Notes: generated from the letters alone by a model not told the origin. DNA of 64,000 bases from an uncultured Megasphaera sp. (GCF_900539295.1 NZ_UQBH01000005.1:2275-66274), one strand, 5' to 3'; counted from the first letter of the stretch, positions 1-10,753 are shown. A program made the numbers and translations.

Positions 1-989
1 GGTTCAAAGAGCAGGGCTGCGTCGTTGAGGTGGAGTTTTTCCAAGGCGTCGCGCAGGTTGTCGTAATCGTTCGTTTCGACCGGGTAGAGGCCGCAGTAGA
101 CCATGGGCACAGCCCGGCGATAGCCCGGCAGGGCTTCCGACGCCGGCCGTTCGGCCAAGGTGACCGTATCGCCGACGCGGCAGTCGCGGACGTTCTTCAT
201 GCTAGCTGCCAAATAGCCGACACTGCCGCAGCCGAGAGACGGAACGGGATGCATCTGAGGCAGGAAGACACCCGTTTCGATGACTTCAAATTCTTTGCCC
301 GAAGCCATCATGCGGATGCGCTGACCGGGCTTTAAGCTGCCTTCCATGATGCGGATGTTGGCAATGGCCCCTTTATAGGCATCGAAGTGGGAGTCGAAGA
401 TGAGGGCCCGCAAAGGCTTATCTTCTTCGTCGGCCGGTGCGGGAATGCGCTGGACGATGGCTTCCAGGACCTGGTCGACGCCAAGGCCCGTCTTGGCACT
501 GATCATGATGGCGTCCGACGCATCGAGGCCGATGACGTCTTCGATTTCCTTGCAGACCCGGTCCGGGTCTGCACTGGGCAGGTCGACCTTGTTGATGATG
601 GGGATGATTTCTAAGTCATGTTCCAAGGCAAGGTATACGTTGGCCAAAGTCTGAGCTTCGACGCCCTGGGTGGCGTCGACGATGAGCAGGGCTCCTTCAC
701 AGGCAGCCAGACTCCGGGAGACCTCGTAGTTGAAGTCGACGTGCCCCGGCGTGTCGATGAGGTTCAGCGTGTACTGCTTGCCGTCTTTGGCATCGTAAAT
801 GAGGCGGGCCGACTGGGCCTTGATGGTAATGCCTCGTTCTCGTTCGAGATCCATCGTGTCGAGTAATTGGGCTTCCATCTCCCGTTCGGGAACAGTGCCG
901 GTCATTTCCAGCATCCTGTCGGCCAGGGTAGACTTGCCGTGGTCGATATGAGCAATGATTGAAAAGTTTCTGATATGATCTGTGGACAC
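1..989 (-). CDS. lepA: Elongation factor 4 (LepA), N-terminal part; the gene runs off the window start
   Basis: Minus-strand translation from a GTG at 987-989 gives [25 protein letters not shown]...DTPGHVDF...NKVDLP, the canonical LepA/EF4 GTPase N-terminus. An RBS (aagaaagagggg) lies 8 nt upstream. The ORF is absent from the track because its stop is outside the window. Confidence 0.85.
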   Translation of the reverse strand, partial: MSTDHIRNFSIIAHIDHGKSTLADRMLEMTGTVPEREMEAQLLDTMDLERERGITIKAQSARLIYDAKDGKQYTLNLIDTPGHVDFNYEVSRSLAACEGALLIVDATQGVEAQTLANVYLALEHDLEIIPIINKVDLPSADPDRVCKEIEDVIGLDASDAIMISAKTGLGVDQVLEAIVQRIPAPADEEDKPLRALIFDSHFDAYKGAIANIRIMEGSLKPGQRIRMMASGKEFEVIETGVFLPQMHPVPSLGCGSVGYLAASMKNVRDCRVGDTVTLAERPASEALPGYRRAVPMVYCGLYPVETNDYDNLRDALEKLHLNDAALLFE

Positions 990-1008
990 CGTATGTTTCC
1001 CCTCTTTC

Positions 1009-2088
1009 TTATTGGATGACGCCGCCGCCGAGGACGCGTTCTCCTGTTTCAGCATCGTAGAGCACGAGGGCCTGGCCGGCCGTAACGGCACGCTGGGCTT
1101 CGTCGAACTCGACGCGCATATCGTCGCCTTTGGGATAGACCGTGCACGGCGATTCATTGGCAGCATAGCGGATCTTGCCGAGAGCCCTGAAAGGCGTATC
1201 CGGCACCGGTTCGACCCAGGTCGCTTCGCTGGCTTCGACCGTCGTCTGAAACAGGTCTTTTTCGGAACCGACGATGACCCGGTTGTGTTCGACGTCTAAG
1301 GCCGTTACGTAGTACGGTCCTCCGGGACCGCCGAGATTGAGCCCCCGCCGCTGGCCGACGGTATAGGCGGCAATGCCCTGATGGCGGCCGATGACGCGGC
1401 CCGCTTCATCGACAAAGTCACCGGGCTTAAAGATATCCTTCTGTTCCTTTTCCAAAAATCCCTTGTAATCGTTGTCGGGAATGAAGCAAATATCCTGACT
1501 CTCGGGTTTGTTGAAGACTGGAAGGTTCCACTCTTTGGCCAGTTTCCGCGTGTCGGCCTTTTCAAGGTCGGCCATGGGAAACAGGAGGTGCGGCAAGATG
1601 TCCTGCGTCAGCTGATAGAGGACGTAGGACTGGTCCTTGCGGCGGTCTGTGCCGCGTAAGAGCGAATAGATGCCCGTCTCTTCGTCTTTGGCGATACGGG
1701 CGTAATGGCCGGTGGCCAGGAAGTCGGCGCCAAACTGTTTGGCTTTTTCCCAGAGCAGGCCGAATTTAATAAATTTATTGCAGGCAATGCAGGGATTGGG
1801 CGTTTTGCCGCGGCGATAGGAATCGACGAAATAGTCGATGACATCGCGGCGGAACAATTCGCGGAAATCCAAGGTATAATGGGGAATGCCCAGTACCGAA
1901 GCGACGGCTTTGGCGTCGTCGACGGAACTGAGGGAACAGCAGGCGTGGACGTTGTCGATGGTACAGGCCGGGTCTTCTTCCCACAGGCGCAGGGTGATGC
2001 CGATGACATCATACCCTTGCTGCTTTAAAAGGCCGGCCGTAACCGAGCTGTCGACGCCGCCGCTCATAGCTACTGCGACTCGTTTCAT
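1009..2088 (-). CDS. mnmA: tRNA-specific 2-thiouridylase MnmA
   Basis: Translation [16 protein letters not shown]...; PP-loop SGGxDS motif and the MnmA/TrmU signature; 359 aa. Confidence 0.9.
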   Translation of the reverse strand: MKRVAVAMSGGVDSSVTAGLLKQQGYDVIGITLRLWEEDPACTIDNVHACCSLSSVDDAKAVASVLGIPHYTLDFRELFRRDVIDYFVDSYRRGKTPNPCIACNKFIKFGLLWEKAKQFGADFLATGHYARIAKDEETGIYSLLRGTDRRKDQSYVLYQLTQDILPHLLFPMADLEKADTRKLAKEWNLPVFNKPESQDICFIPDNDYKGFLEKEQKDIFKPGDFVDEAGRVIGRHQGIAAYTVGQRRGLNLGGPGGPYYVTALDVEHNRVIVGSEKDLFQTTVEASEATWVEPVPDTPFRALGKIRYAANESPCTVYPKGDDMRVEFDEAQRAVTAGQALVLYDAETGERVLGGGVIQ

Positions 2089-2090
2089 GT

Positions 2091-3233
2091 CTAATCTCCT
2101 CTACTGGTCGTCACGGCGTCCCGGATTTGGGACACGGCGTGTTCAATATCTTCTGTCGTATTGTCTTTGCCGACGGACAAGCGGATGCTGCTGCGCAGCC
2201 ACTTTTCTTCGACGCCCATGGCCTGTAGGACGTGGGACGCTTCGACGGCACCGGCTTCACAGGCCGACCCGGCCGATACGGCAATGCCCTGTAAATCGAG
2301 GGCAATGAGTAAAATAGCGCTGTCCACCCCGTCGACGCTGAAGTCGATGATGTTGGGCAGGACCTGACGGCGGCTGCCGTTGAGGCGGAACCGAGGATCG
2401 TCTTTAATGAGCTTGTCGTAGACGAGGTCGGTCAGGACCCGGGCCGCTTTGGCCCGGTCTTCCCGCTCCCTTTCAAGCAAGGCCGCTGCCTCGCCGAAAC
2501 CGACGATGGCGGCGACGTTTTCGGTCCCTGCCCGCAGCCGGTGTTCCTGAGGACCGCCGTAAGCTTCAGATGCCACCTTGAGGCCGTGGCGGATATACAA
2601 GGCGCCGACGCCCTTAGGACCATAAATCTTATGGCTGCAGACGGTGAGCATGTCGATGCCCTGTTCTAAAGGCCGGACGGGAAGATAGCCGAAGGCCTGG
2701 ACGGCGTCGACGTGGAAGGCGACATCCTTTTCCACAGCTACGGCTCCAATGGCTTCAATGGGTTGGATCATGCCCGTTTCATTATTGGCGTACATGACCG
2801 AAATAAGGACCGTATCGTCCCGGATAGCCGCGGCCACGTCCTCTGCCGACGCACAGCCGTCGGGGCCGACGGGGACATAGGTCACGTCATAGCCCTTTTC
2901 TTCCAGAGCCTGAAAGGTGCGCAGGACGGCGTGGTGTTCGACGGCCGTCGTAATGACGTGGCCGCCCTTTGGGAAATTGGCCCGCAGATACCCTAAAATA
3001 GCCAGGTTATCCGCTTCCGTTCCGCCGCTGGTAAAGACCAGGTCTTCGCCGCTGACGCCGAGGACGTGAGCGACTTGACCGCGCGCCTTCTGGACGGCGG
3101 CCCGAGCCTGTTGACCAAAGTAATGGAGGCTCGACGGATTGCCGTAGGATGTCGTCAAATAGGGCATCATGGCGTCCAGGACTTCCCGATCCATAGGCGT
3201 CGCTGCGGCATTATCTAAATAAATGCGTTTCAT
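2091..3233 (-). CDS. Cysteine desulfurase (NifS/IscS-like, YrvO-type, paired with mnmA)
   Basis: MKRIYLDNAAATP...SGGTEADN...SHKIYGPKG, a class V aminotransferase/cysteine desulfurase. The yrvO-trmU-like pairing follows B. subtilis. Confidence 0.85.
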   Translation of the reverse strand: MKRIYLDNAAATPMDREVLDAMMPYLTTSYGNPSSLHYFGQQARAAVQKARGQVAHVLGVSGEDLVFTSGGTEADNLAILGYLRANFPKGGHVITTAVEHHAVLRTFQALEEKGYDVTYVPVGPDGCASAEDVAAAIRDDTVLISVMYANNETGMIQPIEAIGAVAVEKDVAFHVDAVQAFGYLPVRPLEQGIDMLTVCSHKIYGPKGVGALYIRHGLKVASEAYGGPQEHRLRAGTENVAAIVGFGEAAALLEREREDRAKAARVLTDLVYDKLIKDDPRFRLNGSRRQVLPNIIDFSVDGVDSAILLIALDLQGIAVSAGSACEAGAVEASHVLQAMGVEEKWLRSSIRLSVGKDNTTEDIEHAVSQIRDAVTTSRGD

Positions 3234-3334
3234 TTATAGTACTTACTCCTCTATTGACAAAAAAGCCATAAAAAAATAGCTTAATCTTTATAATACCATA
3301 GGGAGGCCGTTTTGTATATCTGCCGAACCGCCGA

Positions 3335-5467
3335 TTACGACTTGACGTAGAGGCTGGGCACGCCGTCGACGTCGGCACACTTCGTATTGCAGCGATTTTC
3401 ACTGCAGACCCAAAAGGCGCCGTAGGGGCCATTCCTTTTTTGGAAGGTCCCCTTCTTGCAGCGCGGGCAGGGATAAGGCGACGGCTTGACGTCTCCGTCT
3501 TTACCCCCTCCTGAAACGGGTTCTGTGTGGCGGCACGTCGGATAGTTGCTGCAGCCGTAAAAGTCGCCGTACTTGCCGTGACGCTTGACCATGGGGCTGC
3601 CGCAGTCTGGACAGGCCTTGGCCCCTTTCACCTTCATGACGACGCCGCCGGCAGCGGTGACCAAGGCCTTTAAAAAGTCCAGTTGGTCCCGGAGGAAGGC
3701 GTCGAGATTGTCCTTGCCAAGGCTCATCTGATAGAGCCGCTCTTCCCAGATGGCCGTTTCATCGGGATAGAGCATTTCGTCAGGCAAAGAATCGACGAGG
3801 AGATAGGCGTTGTCCGTCGGCTTCAGGTATTTTTTCTTCCCTTCTGCCGTCAGGAATTTCCGCTGGATCAGCTCTTGGATGATCGTCGCCCGCGTCGCTT
3901 CTGTGCCGATGCCTTGAACTTCCTTCAGCTTTTTCTTCAAGCTGTCGTCTTTGACGTATTTATAAATCTCTTTCATGGCTGCCAGTAAGGTCGACGGCGT
4001 AAACCGCGGCGGCGGCTTGGTCGCCTTCTTGTCGACTTGGCCGCTCTGATAGTGGACGCTATCGCCCTTGCGGACGACGGGAAGTTCGCCTTTTTCTTCT
4101 TCGTCTTCGCCCTTATCGTTCTGATAGAGGGCTTTCCAGCCGAGAACGGTGACGGCTTTGCCGTGGGCAACGAAGGTCTCGTCGGCGCAGTCGATGGTGA
4201 TCCGCGTCTGATCGTATTCGTGGATCGGATAGAATTGGGCCAAATAAGCCTGGGCAATGAGGTAGTAGATGTGCTGCTGGACAGCCGTCAATTTATCGAA
4301 AGGACAAGGGACGGTCGTCGGGATGATGGCATGATGAGCCGTAATCTTACTGTCGTTCCAGGCCCGGCTCTTGATCTTGCCGTCGGCACCGCCGGCCCAC
4401 TCGGCCAGTTTCCCCGCCGGAATGGCGGCGATGTTCTGAAGGATGCGGGGCACGTCCTTTCGCTGATTGAGGGGCAGGTATTCGCAGTCCGAACGAGGAT
4501 AGGTCGTCAATTTTCGTTCGTACAAGGTCTGGGCCGTATCGAGGACCTGCTGCGGCGTATAGCCGTAGCGCTTGCCGGCCAGGACCTGCAGGGACGACAA
4601 GGACAGGGGCAGGCGCTGGGACTCTTTCTTCTTGGACTTCTTATTTTCGACGATCGTTCCGTCGGGGTTTTCGGCCAGGCGGGATAAGATATCCTTTGCC
4701 GCCTCTTCTTTGACGCAGCGCCCTTCTGAATCGAGGCCGGCCTGAGTATCTTTCGGCTGCCACTGGGCGCGGATGATGCCGTTTTTATGCTCAAAATCGG
4801 CTTTTACGACGTAGTATGTGACCGGCACGAAATCGTCGAGTTCCCGCTGACGGCGGACGACGAGGGCTAAGGTCGGCGTCTTGACCCGGCCGATGGGAAA
4901 GACGACGCGATGGCCCTGACGACGGGCCGACAAGGTATAAGCCCGGGACAGGTTCATGCCGATAAGCCAGTCGGCTCGGCTCCGGGCCAAGGCCGATTCC
5001 TTCAGATGGACGAAGTCGCCGTTGCTGCGAAGATCGCCTAAGGATTCATGGATGCTCTTTTCATCAAGGGCGTTGAGGAGAATGCGCTCGACGGGCTTTT
5101 CATTTCCCACGTAGTCGAGGATCTCGTCGATGAGCAGCTGCCCTTCCCGGTCCGGGTCACCGGCATTGACGATGCCGTCGACGTCGGGACTTGAAATGAG
5201 GCCTTCAATGATATGGAACTGTTCTTTGCTGGCCGGACTGATGAGGAGCTTCCACTCTTCGGGAATGATGGGCAAATCCTCGGCATTCCAGCGCTTATAT
5301 TTCGGATCGTAATCCTGGGGCTCGGCCTGCTGCAGGACGTGACCGTAAGCCCAGGTGACGATGCCGCCTCCCGTACGGATACAGCCGTTTCCCCGCCGGT
5401 GAGGTTCCGGCAGGCACTTAGCCAGTTCCCGGGCCATACTCGGTTTTTCGGCAATAAAAAGTTTCAT
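3335..5467 (-). CDS. topB: DNA topoisomerase III (type IA) with C-terminal C4 zinc ribbons
   Basis: MKLFIAEKPSMARELAKCLP... matches the TOPRIM and Topo IA core. The C-terminus carries CPDCGS...C...C and CPRCKKG...C zinc-ribbon motifs. Start chosen at the internal ATG (A at 5467), which has a GAGAG RBS; the track ORF starts 7 codons earlier. Confidence 0.85.
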   Translation of the reverse strand: MKLFIAEKPSMARELAKCLPEPHRRGNGCIRTGGGIVTWAYGHVLQQAEPQDYDPKYKRWNAEDLPIIPEEWKLLISPASKEQFHIIEGLISSPDVDGIVNAGDPDREGQLLIDEILDYVGNEKPVERILLNALDEKSIHESLGDLRSNGDFVHLKESALARSRADWLIGMNLSRAYTLSARRQGHRVVFPIGRVKTPTLALVVRRQRELDDFVPVTYYVVKADFEHKNGIIRAQWQPKDTQAGLDSEGRCVKEEAAKDILSRLAENPDGTIVENKKSKKKESQRLPLSLSSLQVLAGKRYGYTPQQVLDTAQTLYERKLTTYPRSDCEYLPLNQRKDVPRILQNIAAIPAGKLAEWAGGADGKIKSRAWNDSKITAHHAIIPTTVPCPFDKLTAVQQHIYYLIAQAYLAQFYPIHEYDQTRITIDCADETFVAHGKAVTVLGWKALYQNDKGEDEEEKGELPVVRKGDSVHYQSGQVDKKATKPPPRFTPSTLLAAMKEIYKYVKDDSLKKKLKEVQGIGTEATRATIIQELIQRKFLTAEGKKKYLKPTDNAYLLVDSLPDEMLYPDETAIWEERLYQMSLGKDNLDAFLRDQLDFLKALVTAAGGVVMKVKGAKACPDCGSPMVKRHGKYGDFYGCSNYPTCRHTEPVSGGGKDGDVKPSPYPCPRCKKGTFQKRNGPYGAFWVCSENRCNTKCADVDGVPSLYVKS

Positions 5468-5536
5468 ACCACATCTCTCTTTCTGCAATAGACTGTACCT
5501 TATAGTATATCATATTTTGAGGTTTCTTTACAGGGT

Positions 5537-5563
5537 TCCGCCGGCACAAAAAGCAACCCAGGC
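5537..5563 (-). terminator. Rho-independent terminator after the OLD-family gene
   Basis: On the minus strand: AACCCAAGCC-gtata-GGCCTGGGTT followed by GCTTTTTG, immediately after the stop at 5564. Confidence 0.6.
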
Positions 5564-7225
5564 CTATACGGCTTGGGTTACTTTGGCTAATTGTCCGACC
5601 GCCTTGATGACGTTGGCAAAGGCCGGCGGAATATCGTCTTTTTCAAGGGACTGGCCGAGAAGACGGCCGAGGATGACGCCTTTATTGCTGTACAGCCAGG
5701 CAAAATAGTAGATGTACAAGGCCCGTTGGTTGCGGGGATTGACATTCCACAGTCGTCGAGCCGGATAGTCGTGGTAATTGATGTCCAATTTGCGGCAGGC
5801 CTTTCTTATCATGTCCGTCGTCGCCCGGGCATGGTCGCCGCAGGCCGTGTTGATGATGCGGTCTAAATCACGGCGCCGCCCCCTGTCGAGGAGGGTCTTG
5901 GCCAAATCCATTTCAAAGCAGATTTCATTGGTAAAATAGACGCCCCGTTCGCCCTTGTGAGCGCCTTTGACGTCGGCATCGTACAAGGCAGCGACAGGGA
6001 TTTTGAAATACTCCAATAACGCTTTGATCTTGGCGATGGAACTTTCGCCGCGGGCGTTGATGAGACAGATGCCGTAGTAGTCGAAAGGGATACCGAGGGT
6101 CACGCCGAACTGATGGAAGCAGCCGTACTCCGTTTCCCCTTCGACGATGAGGGCGCTTCGCGAATAGAGGGCTGCCTTGACTTCCGGAAAATGCATGATG
6201 AGGTGTTTTTCGATTTCTTCATTGAAGTGGAAACAGACGCCGCAGGCCGCCTTGACCATGCCCTTCTTGTCGCGGTACAGGCGGATGATGTTGCGATAGT
6301 CGTCGATAAGGGAATCCGTCGAATGGGTGACGATGAACAGCTGGCCCCGCAGGCCGTCGATGTTGAATAAGTCCTTGAGGAGGCGGCAGAATTGAGGGTC
6401 CTCATTGTGGAGGAGCTGTTGGTAGTAATGGAGGACCGACCGCTGCATATACGGGTGCAGGTGAATTTCCGGTTCGTCGATGGAAATGATGAGCGGCAGA
6501 TAGCGCCGCCCCTTTTCATCGACGATGAGGTTGTGTTCCATGGGTACGGCCCGGCTGATGGACATTTGATAGACATGAGTAATGACGCACAGGGCGGCCA
6601 GGGAAATGAATTTCATATTGTCGGCTCGGGGCCGGTCCGTGCGGCACAAGAGCTTCGACAAGAGGAAGATATTGACGAAGTAGGAAGAATCGAGGCTGCC
6701 GACGGCCACTTCATGATGGATGAAGGCCCGGGCCTCTTCCGACAGGCTGTCCCAATGCTGCTCGCTCCAAGCCGAGAGCTTCTGTTCCAGGGCTCGATAA
6801 ATCCGCGGTGCCACCCGCTGTTCTTCCGGAAGGGTCGCCGAATAGGACACGTAGCGTAGGCGGCGGATCAATTCCAAGGGCAGCTCTTCCCCGCTGTCAT
6901 CGAGATAGAGGTGGGGATACATATCGCTGATGTGCATTTCCATGCGGACCCGCAGGTTCTGGCGATGCTCATCGGGCCTGTCGGCAAAGTATTCCTTGTC
7001 ACTCTCCAGCAGGTGAAGGCCCAAGGTGATGACGATGGGCTGTGACGGATCGGCATAGTCCTCTTCATCGACATTGCGGCCGTCGCTCATGTAGGCCAGG
7101 AGGCGCAGCAAACCGCTCTTGCCGATGGCGTTTTCACCGACGATATAGTTTGCCTTTTCATGAAAGGTCATCTCTACGTCTTGTAAGTTCCGATAATTTT
7201 GAATTCGCATATGCGTGATATACAC
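5564..7225 (-). CDS. OLD-family ATP-dependent endonuclease (AAA ATPase plus TOPRIM), standalone, class-1-like
   Basis: Walker A GENAIGKSGLLRL, Walker B LIISIDEPEIHLHP, the IVTHS motif, and TOPRIM motifs ALIVEGETEYGCF and LYDADVKG. 553 aa, or 548 aa if it starts at MRIQNY. Confidence 0.75.
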   Translation of the reverse strand: MYITHMRIQNYRNLQDVEMTFHEKANYIVGENAIGKSGLLRLLAYMSDGRNVDEEDYADPSQPIVITLGLHLLESDKEYFADRPDEHRQNLRVRMEMHISDMYPHLYLDDSGEELPLELIRRLRYVSYSATLPEEQRVAPRIYRALEQKLSAWSEQHWDSLSEEARAFIHHEVAVGSLDSSYFVNIFLLSKLLCRTDRPRADNMKFISLAALCVITHVYQMSISRAVPMEHNLIVDEKGRRYLPLIISIDEPEIHLHPYMQRSVLHYYQQLLHNEDPQFCRLLKDLFNIDGLRGQLFIVTHSTDSLIDDYRNIIRLYRDKKGMVKAACGVCFHFNEEIEKHLIMHFPEVKAALYSRSALIVEGETEYGCFHQFGVTLGIPFDYYGICLINARGESSIAKIKALLEYFKIPVAALYDADVKGAHKGERGVYFTNEICFEMDLAKTLLDRGRRRDLDRIINTACGDHARATTDMIRKACRKLDINYHDYPARRLWNVNPRNQRALYIYYFAWLYSNKGVILGRLLGQSLEKDDIPPAFANVIKAVGQLAKVTQAV

Positions 7226-7270
7226 GATATCTCCTCCCTTTTCACGCTTTCCTTACTATAGGTATTCGAC

Positions 7271-7322
7271 AAAAAACGCGCTGCTCCTTTCTTTTAGGAG
7301 TCAGCGCGTTATTCCATTTCAG
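7271..7322 (-). terminator. Rho-independent terminator after the GH13-GH77 gene at the end of the glg operon
   Basis: On the minus strand: AACGCGCTGACTCCT-aaaagaa-AGGAGCAGCGCGTT followed by TTTTTTG. Confidence 0.75.
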
Positions 7323-7332
7323 CAAGGATTTC

Positions 7333-10300
7333 TCAGCGACCGCTTTGACGGCAGAGTTTGGCCAGCCGGCGGGCGAGGTCAAAGGTCATCTGCCCTTCGG
7401 TCATCTGCCAGTGCCAGTTGCCATCGGCTACGCCGGGAACGTTCATGCGGGACTCGGCCGGAAGACTCAGCAGGTCCTGCATAGGTACGATGACCGTTTC
7501 TGCCCGGCGGCGGTAGGTATAGGCGATGACGGCCTGTACCAGTTCTTCCGGTGTGACATCGTCGGAAAGATTCAGCATCTGGCGGATGTGGAGCTGTTCG
7601 CTCGGCGTCAGGTCTTCTTCGTACCAGCCGCGGATCGTATTGTTATCGTGAGTTCCCGTATAGGCGATGCAGTTCGGTTCCGTATCGAAGGCCATGACAC
7701 CGTCGGCCCGGTCTTTGAGGTGGAACTGGAAGACCTTCATGCCCGGAAGATCGAGGTCGTCTTTTAAGGCGCAGACGTCATCGGTAATGACGCCCAAATC
7801 TTCCGCGACCAGGTTCAGGCGGCCCAGTTTCTGATAGACTGCCCGGAACAACTCGAGGCCCGGCCCTTCTTTCCAAGCACCGTCCCTGGCCGTCGGCGAA
7901 CCGTTTGGTACGGCCCAGTAAGCGGCAAAGCCCCGGAAGTGGTCGACGCGGAGCTCGTCGAAGAGGTCTTTCATGCGGTGGAAGCGGTCGGTCCACCACT
8001 GGTAGCCGTCGGCTGCCATGGCTTCATAGTCGTAGAGGGGATTGCCCCAGAGCTGGCCGTCGGCACTGAAGTAATCGGGCGGGACGCCGGCAACGGATAC
8101 GGGACGCCCTTCTTCATCGAGGTCGAACTGGTCCTGGTGAGCCCAACAGTCGGCGCTGTCGTGGGCGACGAACATGGGCAGGTCACCGAGGATAATGACG
8201 CCGTTCTTCTTGGCATAGGACCGCAGCTCGTGCCACTGGCGGTCGAAGATGTACTGCATGAATTTGACGTGAGATACGGATCCGGCCAATTCCTTAGCAT
8301 ACCGCGCAAGGGCCTCTTCCTCGTGGCGGCGGATATCGTCGGGCCATTCCGTCCAGGGACGGCCTTTAAAGAAGTCGCGGATGCTGCGGAACAGGGCGTA
8401 GTCATCGAGCCAGTAAGCATTGGCTTCACAAAATTCCCGGAAGGGCTGCCAGGAAATGGTCAGATTCTTATCATGAGAGAGGTTCCACAAGATGCGGGCC
8501 TTTTCGGCAGCTGCCTCGTGCCAAGACAGGCCCTCCTTCCCCTTTTTGATAAAGCCGGAGACAATTTCATCTTTCAGCCAGCCCCAATCCCGCAGGACTT
8601 CCAGGGAAATGAGGGCTTCATTCCCGGCAAAGGCCGATTCCGACAAGTACGGTGAATCGCCCGTAAGGGGCGGCATCAAGGGCAGGATCTGCCACACCTG
8701 TTGGCCTCCTGCCTTTAAGAAGTCGACGAAGCGGCAGGCTGCCGTACCTAGGACGCCGTTTCCGACAGCTGCCGGCAGGGACGTCGGATGGAGGAGGACG
8801 CCGCAGCGCTTCTTGCCGGCTTCACTGCCCTTTAAGATGACTGCTTCTAAGGGCGGCAGTGTCAAAGTCAGGCGGCTGTTCAAGGTGACGGCCGGTTCCA
8901 TCCGCGTGTGAAGGGCGTCAGTGAACTTGCCGTAAGCCAGCCCGTCCGTATAGAGGCTGATGGTCCGCAGGGCCGACGGATTGCGGTTCATGGCGACGAT
9001 GAACAGGCCGTCTTCGGCCGGTTTCCCGAAGACGTCGCGACCGCCTTCGATGAGACGAGCAAAGGCGAAGACGTCGCCGTCGGCGTAGAGGGGAATGAAG
9101 CGGCCCGTCTGCAGGGCGTCATGAGCCGTGCGCAGGCGCGTCAGAGCCTTGGTCCAGCCCAGGATATCCCAGTCTTCCCTCCCCCAAGGGTAGGTCCGGC
9201 GGTTGTCCGGATCTTTGCCGCCTGTAAGGCCGGCTTCATCGCCGTAATAGATACAGGGCGCACCGGGCATGGTCATCTGCCAGGCAGTCAGCAGCTTCAG
9301 CCGCTTCTTGGCCGTATCTTCGGCCGTGGCCACTTCAGTACCGCCGGCAGCGCTGAGGACGGTCAAAATTCGTTCGATGTCGTGGCTGCTGATGAGGTTG
9401 AGCATGGCATAGAAATTTTCTTTAGGATAATTTTCCCGAAGGCGGGTCAATTCGTCGTTCATGCGCCGTCCGTCCTTGGCTCCGGTAACAAAGTCGACCA
9501 TCAAGGCCCGCTGGGCATAATTCATGGCGCTGTCGATATCGTAGCCCGAGAGGTATTCCCGCTGCTCGCTGTAGCTTACCTTATTCGACGCGTCTTCCCA
9601 GACCTCGCCGATGAGAACGGCGTCAGGATTTTCTTCCTTTAAGGTCTTATAGAACTGCCGTAAAAAGGGTACGGGCAATTCGTCGATGACGTCGAGACGC
9701 CAGCCGCTGATGCCCTGATTGAGCCAGTATTTAAGGACACTGTCTTTCTTGTTGATGATAAAATCCATGTACGACGGATTCGTTTCATCGACGTCTGGCA
9801 GGTCCGATACGCCCCACCACGATTCATAGTCGTCGGGGTAGTTGTTGAAACGGAACCACTCGTAATACGGCGATTCCTTCGACTGGTAGGCGCCGACCCC
9901 GGGATAATGGCCGAAGCGGTTGAAATAGATGCTGTCGGCACCGGTGTGGCTGAAGACGCCGTCGAGGATGATGGCCATGCCCGCCTCCTTGGCAGCCTTG
10001 CAGAAGGCGGCGAATTCTTCGTTGGTCCCCAGCATGGGGTCGACGCGGAAATAATCAGCCGTTCCGTAACGGTGGTTGCTCGAGCTTTCAAAGATAGGGT
10101 TTAAGTAAATGGCCGTAATGCCCAATTCTTTAAGGTAGGGCAGTTTCTCCTGAATGCCCTTGATATTGCCGCCGAAAAAGTCGTAATAGACGATGTCGCC
10201 GACGCCTTCGCGCTTGCAGTAATACGGCCGGTCATACCAGTTGCTGTGAATGACGGCCCCTTCCTTGCCCCAGAGGTTGTCCGTATCCCGGCTGCGGTAG

Positions 10301-10746
10301 AAGCGGTCGGGAAAAATCTGATAGACGATGGCGTGCTTAAACCAGTCCGGCGTCCGCGATGCTCGATCGTACACCGTAATCTGATAGCCCGGCGGTACCG
10401 TTTCATAGACCGCCCCTTCCCCGCCGAGTTGGTCGCAATTGTTTCCGTAGTACCGCGTCGTATCGCCATCTTCGAGGATGAAGTAGTACCAGAGAAGGCA
10501 GCCCTTATCGGGCATGTCGACGACAGCAGTAAAGGCCCCGTCTTCATAGGTCATGGGCATCAGGGCTTCACCGACGTTGCTCTGCCACAGCCGGACCTGA
10601 GCCCTACAGCCTTCGGCACGGCCCTCCGCCGCAAGGCGCAGGATGAGGCGGCTGCCTGCCGGGACGGCGCCGAAGGAAGATCGATAGTAAAAATCATGAG
10701 AGTTGTGATACAGTCGTAAGTCCATAGGAAATCCTTTCGTATTCAT
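7333..10746 (-). CDS. Bifunctional fusion of a GH13 alpha-amylase-family (neopullulanase/cyclomaltodextrinase-like) domain and a GH77 4-alpha-glucanotransferase (MalQ-like)
   Basis: The N-terminal half has GH13 regions (GWRLDVIDELP, GEVWE, LISSHDIERI) and a CBM34-like N-domain. The C-terminal half starts GVLLHPTSLP... and has the amylomaltase signature. Start moved to the ATG after the intercistronic hairpin (MNTKGF...). Confidence 0.8.
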   Translation of the reverse strand: MNTKGFPMDLRLYHNSHDFYYRSSFGAVPAGSRLILRLAAEGRAEGCRAQVRLWQSNVGEALMPMTYEDGAFTAVVDMPDKGCLLWYYFILEDGDTTRYYGNNCDQLGGEGAVYETVPPGYQITVYDRASRTPDWFKHAIVYQIFPDRFYRSRDTDNLWGKEGAVIHSNWYDRPYYCKREGVGDIVYYDFFGGNIKGIQEKLPYLKELGITAIYLNPIFESSSNHRYGTADYFRVDPMLGTNEEFAAFCKAAKEAGMAIILDGVFSHTGADSIYFNRFGHYPGVGAYQSKESPYYEWFRFNNYPDDYESWWGVSDLPDVDETNPSYMDFIINKKDSVLKYWLNQGISGWRLDVIDELPVPFLRQFYKTLKEENPDAVLIGEVWEDASNKVSYSEQREYLSGYDIDSAMNYAQRALMVDFVTGAKDGRRMNDELTRLRENYPKENFYAMLNLISSHDIERILTVLSAAGGTEVATAEDTAKKRLKLLTAWQMTMPGAPCIYYGDEAGLTGGKDPDNRRTYPWGREDWDILGWTKALTRLRTAHDALQTGRFIPLYADGDVFAFARLIEGGRDVFGKPAEDGLFIVAMNRNPSALRTISLYTDGLAYGKFTDALHTRMEPAVTLNSRLTLTLPPLEAVILKGSEAGKKRCGVLLHPTSLPAAVGNGVLGTAACRFVDFLKAGGQQVWQILPLMPPLTGDSPYLSESAFAGNEALISLEVLRDWGWLKDEIVSGFIKKGKEGLSWHEAAAEKARILWNLSHDKNLTISWQPFREFCEANAYWLDDYALFRSIRDFFKGRPWTEWPDDIRRHEEEALARYAKELAGSVSHVKFMQYIFDRQWHELRSYAKKNGVIILGDLPMFVAHDSADCWAHQDQFDLDEEGRPVSVAGVPPDYFSADGQLWGNPLYDYEAMAADGYQWWTDRFHRMKDLFDELRVDHFRGFAAYWAVPNGSPTARDGAWKEGPGLELFRAVYQKLGRLNLVAEDLGVITDDVCALKDDLDLPGMKVFQFHLKDRADGVMAFDTEPNCIAYTGTHDNNTIRGWYEEDLTPSEQLHIRQMLNLSDDVTPEELVQAVIAYTYRRRAETVIVPMQDLLSLPAESRMNVPGVADGNWHWQMTEGQMTFDLARRLAKLCRQSGR

Positions 10747-10753
10747 CAAGAAT

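Noticed and set aside
30-866. Three plus-strand ORFs (30-335, 387-614, 618-866) at the window start
   Set aside because: The minus strand here encodes the LepA/EF4 N-terminus (GTPase motifs). That ORF is missing from the track only because its stop lies outside the window.
4037-4687. 216-aa plus-strand ORF inside topB
   Set aside because: Antisense shadow ORF within the topoisomerase III coding region.
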